The position numbers were made by a program, and so were the translations under genes. This document shows, one piece after another, positions 61,841 to 64,000 of a stretch of DNA of 64,000 nucleotides (its first letter is position 1; each line of letters starts with the position of its first letter). The notes under the pieces are model-generated. The model had not been told where the DNA came from. It was given only the letters and a program-made list of their open reading frames with translations, and searched no databases. The DNA comes from Nitrospirales bacterium (lineage in GTDB: Bacteria > Nitrospirota > Nitrospiria > Nitrospirales > UBA8639), in NCBI GenBank assembly GCA_965223295.1, contig CBDCWC010000003.1, forward strand, positions 960,001-1,024,000, given 5' to 3'.

Positions 61841-62154
61841 AAAGTTCAAATCGGCAGGAGCTGGTCCAAAGGACGAATTATTATTCTAATAGACATCCGT
61901 GACCAAGTTTGTCTAAAACCAGGCCGTTTGGTTGAAGTGAAAACTGCTACTGAACACCTAGAGGGAGCGCTGGATAATGAGGATAAGAGGGCCATATTTC
62001 GCCACTTAGCGATCAATAGACCCTTAGAGTTCATCCACTACATGGTAATCCCATCAAAATTCTTCGTGGTTCTCTGAAAAGTCGAAAATCATTAGCAGAT
62101 CAGCTCATCAAAGAACATCGCAGGGAAGTCCGACAAAATGCCAAAGCACGCTAA
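61841..62154 (+). pseudogene. AbrB/MazE-type antitoxin pseudogene interrupted by a mini-MITE
   Basis: SKGRIII..DIR..V.LKPG..V.V then HPLHGNPIKILRGSLK..SLADQLIKEHRRE in another frame. Confidence 0.65.
61963..62023 (+). mobile_element. 61-bp internally deleted MITE
   Basis: GGGAGCGCTGGATAATGAGGATAAGAGGGCCATATTTCG ... TCAATAGACCC; flanks CTAGA/TTAGA (4/5). Confidence 0.7.
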
Positions 62155-62542
62155 ACTTATACTTTGATGCCTGTGCGCTTCTTCGTTGGCTTCAAGACAA
62201 GCCCGGAGTCGATCGCGTCGACGCGTTCATGAATGAGGCCGCCACAGGGCACTATCAGGCACTGCTACATGTTTTGAATTTTGGTGAAATAGTATTGCCA
62301 AGGATTTCTTGGTAGGAATTGGCTCAGCGGAAAAGGAAGAATTTGGGCTACCTCCGATCAGTATATTGCCTTTTTCAGAATCCAATTTCTGGTGAGCTAT
62401 TGAATAATGGAAAGCGCACTATGCCATGTCCTATGTGGATTGTTTTGCGGCTGCGGGCACCATTCATGAACAAGCCACCCTCTTGACCAGTGATCCAGAG
62501 TTTGATGCGCTTCGTGATATTCTGCCTGTTGAGAAAATTTGA
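62138..62542 (+). pseudogene. VapC/PIN toxin pseudogene
   Basis: FDACALL.WLQD.PG, LNFGEI, MSYVDCFAAA, LLTSDPEF; several stops and shifts. Confidence 0.75.
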
Positions 62543-62660
62543 GAGTCTATTTTTCCGTTCAGCAGCAATCTACACCCGGCCAATGAACGTAAAAAATCTC
62601 GTACTCGAACGCACAAATTTCGTTATGCTTAAAGTATCTATTTAGGAGCATTCTCTCGGT

Positions 62661-64000
62661 ATGTCTGACGTCCACCAAACTTTTCGTACGCAACTCCTTC
62701 GGAATGGCCTCTTTGAAGAGGGGAAAGAAGATACTTGGCGTATTGGGTGTCAGCCTTTTGCACTCTCTACACAACAGATTCAATTTCTAAAAGAGCTCGG
62801 CCAGCATCTTTTGGCCTTTAATCAAGCAACCAATCGCTTGTATCTAGACAGCGTGAAGGGTTCGCAACCAGCCTGGATACATGAGTATTTCGACATAGGC
62901 AAACCACAAGATCTACTGGACTTCGCCCGCATGAATCGTTTCAAGAGCCATCTGCCGGGAGTTATTCGTCCAGATTTGATCCCCACGAATTCCGGGATGG
63001 TGCTGACCGAATTAGATTCCGTTCCAGGTGGGATAGGGTTAACCGGCTGCTTGAGCCAATTGTATGCGCAACAAGGATCCGAGGTATGGCCGAGCTCAGA
63101 TGGTTTCGTCACACAATTTTCCAGCATGTTGAAAGGGGCTCTCAAGAGCCAGCCGTGTAGCATAGCGATTGTGGTCTCTGATGAAGCCGATGCCTATCGT
63201 GCAGAAATGCGGTGGGTTGCTACACAACTGACTAAAAACGGATGGGAAGCCTATTGCGCGCATCCCAAAGACATTCGATTTACGGAAGAAGGGCTCTTTA
63301 TTCATCAGGACGGCAAAGATCATCAAGTTTCTCTCATATACCGATTTTTTGAACTATTTGATCTGAAAAACATTCCCAAAATTGAATTGATGACGTACAG
63401 TGCCAAAAAAGGGCGAGTCGTGATGACGCCTCCCTATAAACCCTGGATGGAAGAAAAATTGGCCTTAGCGCTATTCCACCATCCCGTGTTAGCCGCATTT
63501 TGGGAACAGGCACTTTCATCGGAGGCGAGAGAATGTCTCCAGTCGATTATTCCCTCAACATGGGTCCTGGATCCCCGCCCACTTCCCCCTATGGCCATCA
63601 TTCCAGGGGTTCGCCACCGAAATCATGCCGTGTCAAATTGGGATTGGTTAGGCGAGGCTACACAAAAAGAACGACAGTATGTGTTGAAAGTGTCAGGTTT
63701 TTCCGAATTAGCCTGGGGCAGTCGTGGGGTGTCCATTGGCCATGATCTGTCGCAGCAAGAATGGCGGAAAACCCTTTCTCATGCACTTGAATCCTTTGAT
63801 GAGGCACCGTCAATTCTTCAGTCATTTCACAAAGGACGTGTGGTTATGGTTGAATATTATGATCAGAAGTCTGGTAAAAAAACTCGCATGGAAGGACGGA
63901 TGCGGTTATCACCCTATTATTTCGTGGTGGAGGGCCAGGCCCAATTGGGCGGGGTATTGGCGACAATCTGCCCTAAAGACAAAAAGATTATTCATGGAAT
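62661..64000 (+). CDS. ATP-grasp-like (glutathionylspermidine synthase-like) protein, runs off window
   Basis: SD AGGAG, ATG 62661. VIRPDL, ELDSVPGGIG, YRFFELFD, VLKVSGFSE.AWGSRGV.IG. Not in ORF track. Confidence 0.75.
   Translation, partial: MSDVHQTFRTQLLRNGLFEEGKEDTWRIGCQPFALSTQQIQFLKELGQHLLAFNQATNRLYLDSVKGSQPAWIHEYFDIGKPQDLLDFARMNRFKSHLPGVIRPDLIPTNSGMVLTELDSVPGGIGLTGCLSQLYAQQGSEVWPSSDGFVTQFSSMLKGALKSQPCSIAIVVSDEADAYRAEMRWVATQLTKNGWEAYCAHPKDIRFTEEGLFIHQDGKDHQVSLIYRFFELFDLKNIPKIELMTYSAKKGRVVMTPPYKPWMEEKLALALFHHPVLAAFWEQALSSEARECLQSIIPSTWVLDPRPLPPMAIIPGVRHRNHAVSNWDWLGEATQKERQYVLKVSGFSELAWGSRGVSIGHDLSQQEWRKTLSHALESFDEAPSILQSFHKGRVVMVEYYDQKSGKKTRMEGRMRLSPYYFVVEGQAQLGGVLATICPKDKKIIHG

Noticed and set aside
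1-64000. CRISPR array or integron cassette array
   Set aside because: Repeats are dispersed, in both orientations and carry TSDs. No regular spacers, cas genes or integrase seen.
61200-64000. Prophage or island integrated at ssrA
   Set aside because: No integrase and no duplicated ssrA 3' end seen in the window; only TA debris follows.

Overview
Chromosomal segment of a chemolithoautotroph, most likely Nitrospirota (Nitrospirales). This is inferred from the five-subunit 2-oxoacid:ferredoxin oxidoreductase operon, the Rieske/cytochrome b-c fusion pair and the small conserved hypotheticals. Core genes: icd, cysS, rlmB, surE, thrH, lolA, ftsK, rsmA, fmt, yebC, ruvA, murJ, dtd, bcp, a minor-pilin/pilD cluster, an Rrf2-headed sulfate assimilation operon and tmRNA. 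Accessory material: an IS3-family element, a decayed chemotaxis/O2-sensing block and several intact or decayed toxin-antitoxin modules. The most striking feature is invisible to the ORF track: a ~191 bp non-autonomous inverted-repeat element (MITE) family with 11 copies or fragments in 64 kb. It has 12-bp terminal inverted repeats, 5-bp target-site duplications and an internal third end, and it hosts smaller palindromic units nested inside each other. Copies interrupt the pilX-like gene, split a vapBC operon and sit inside an AbrB-type antitoxin gene.
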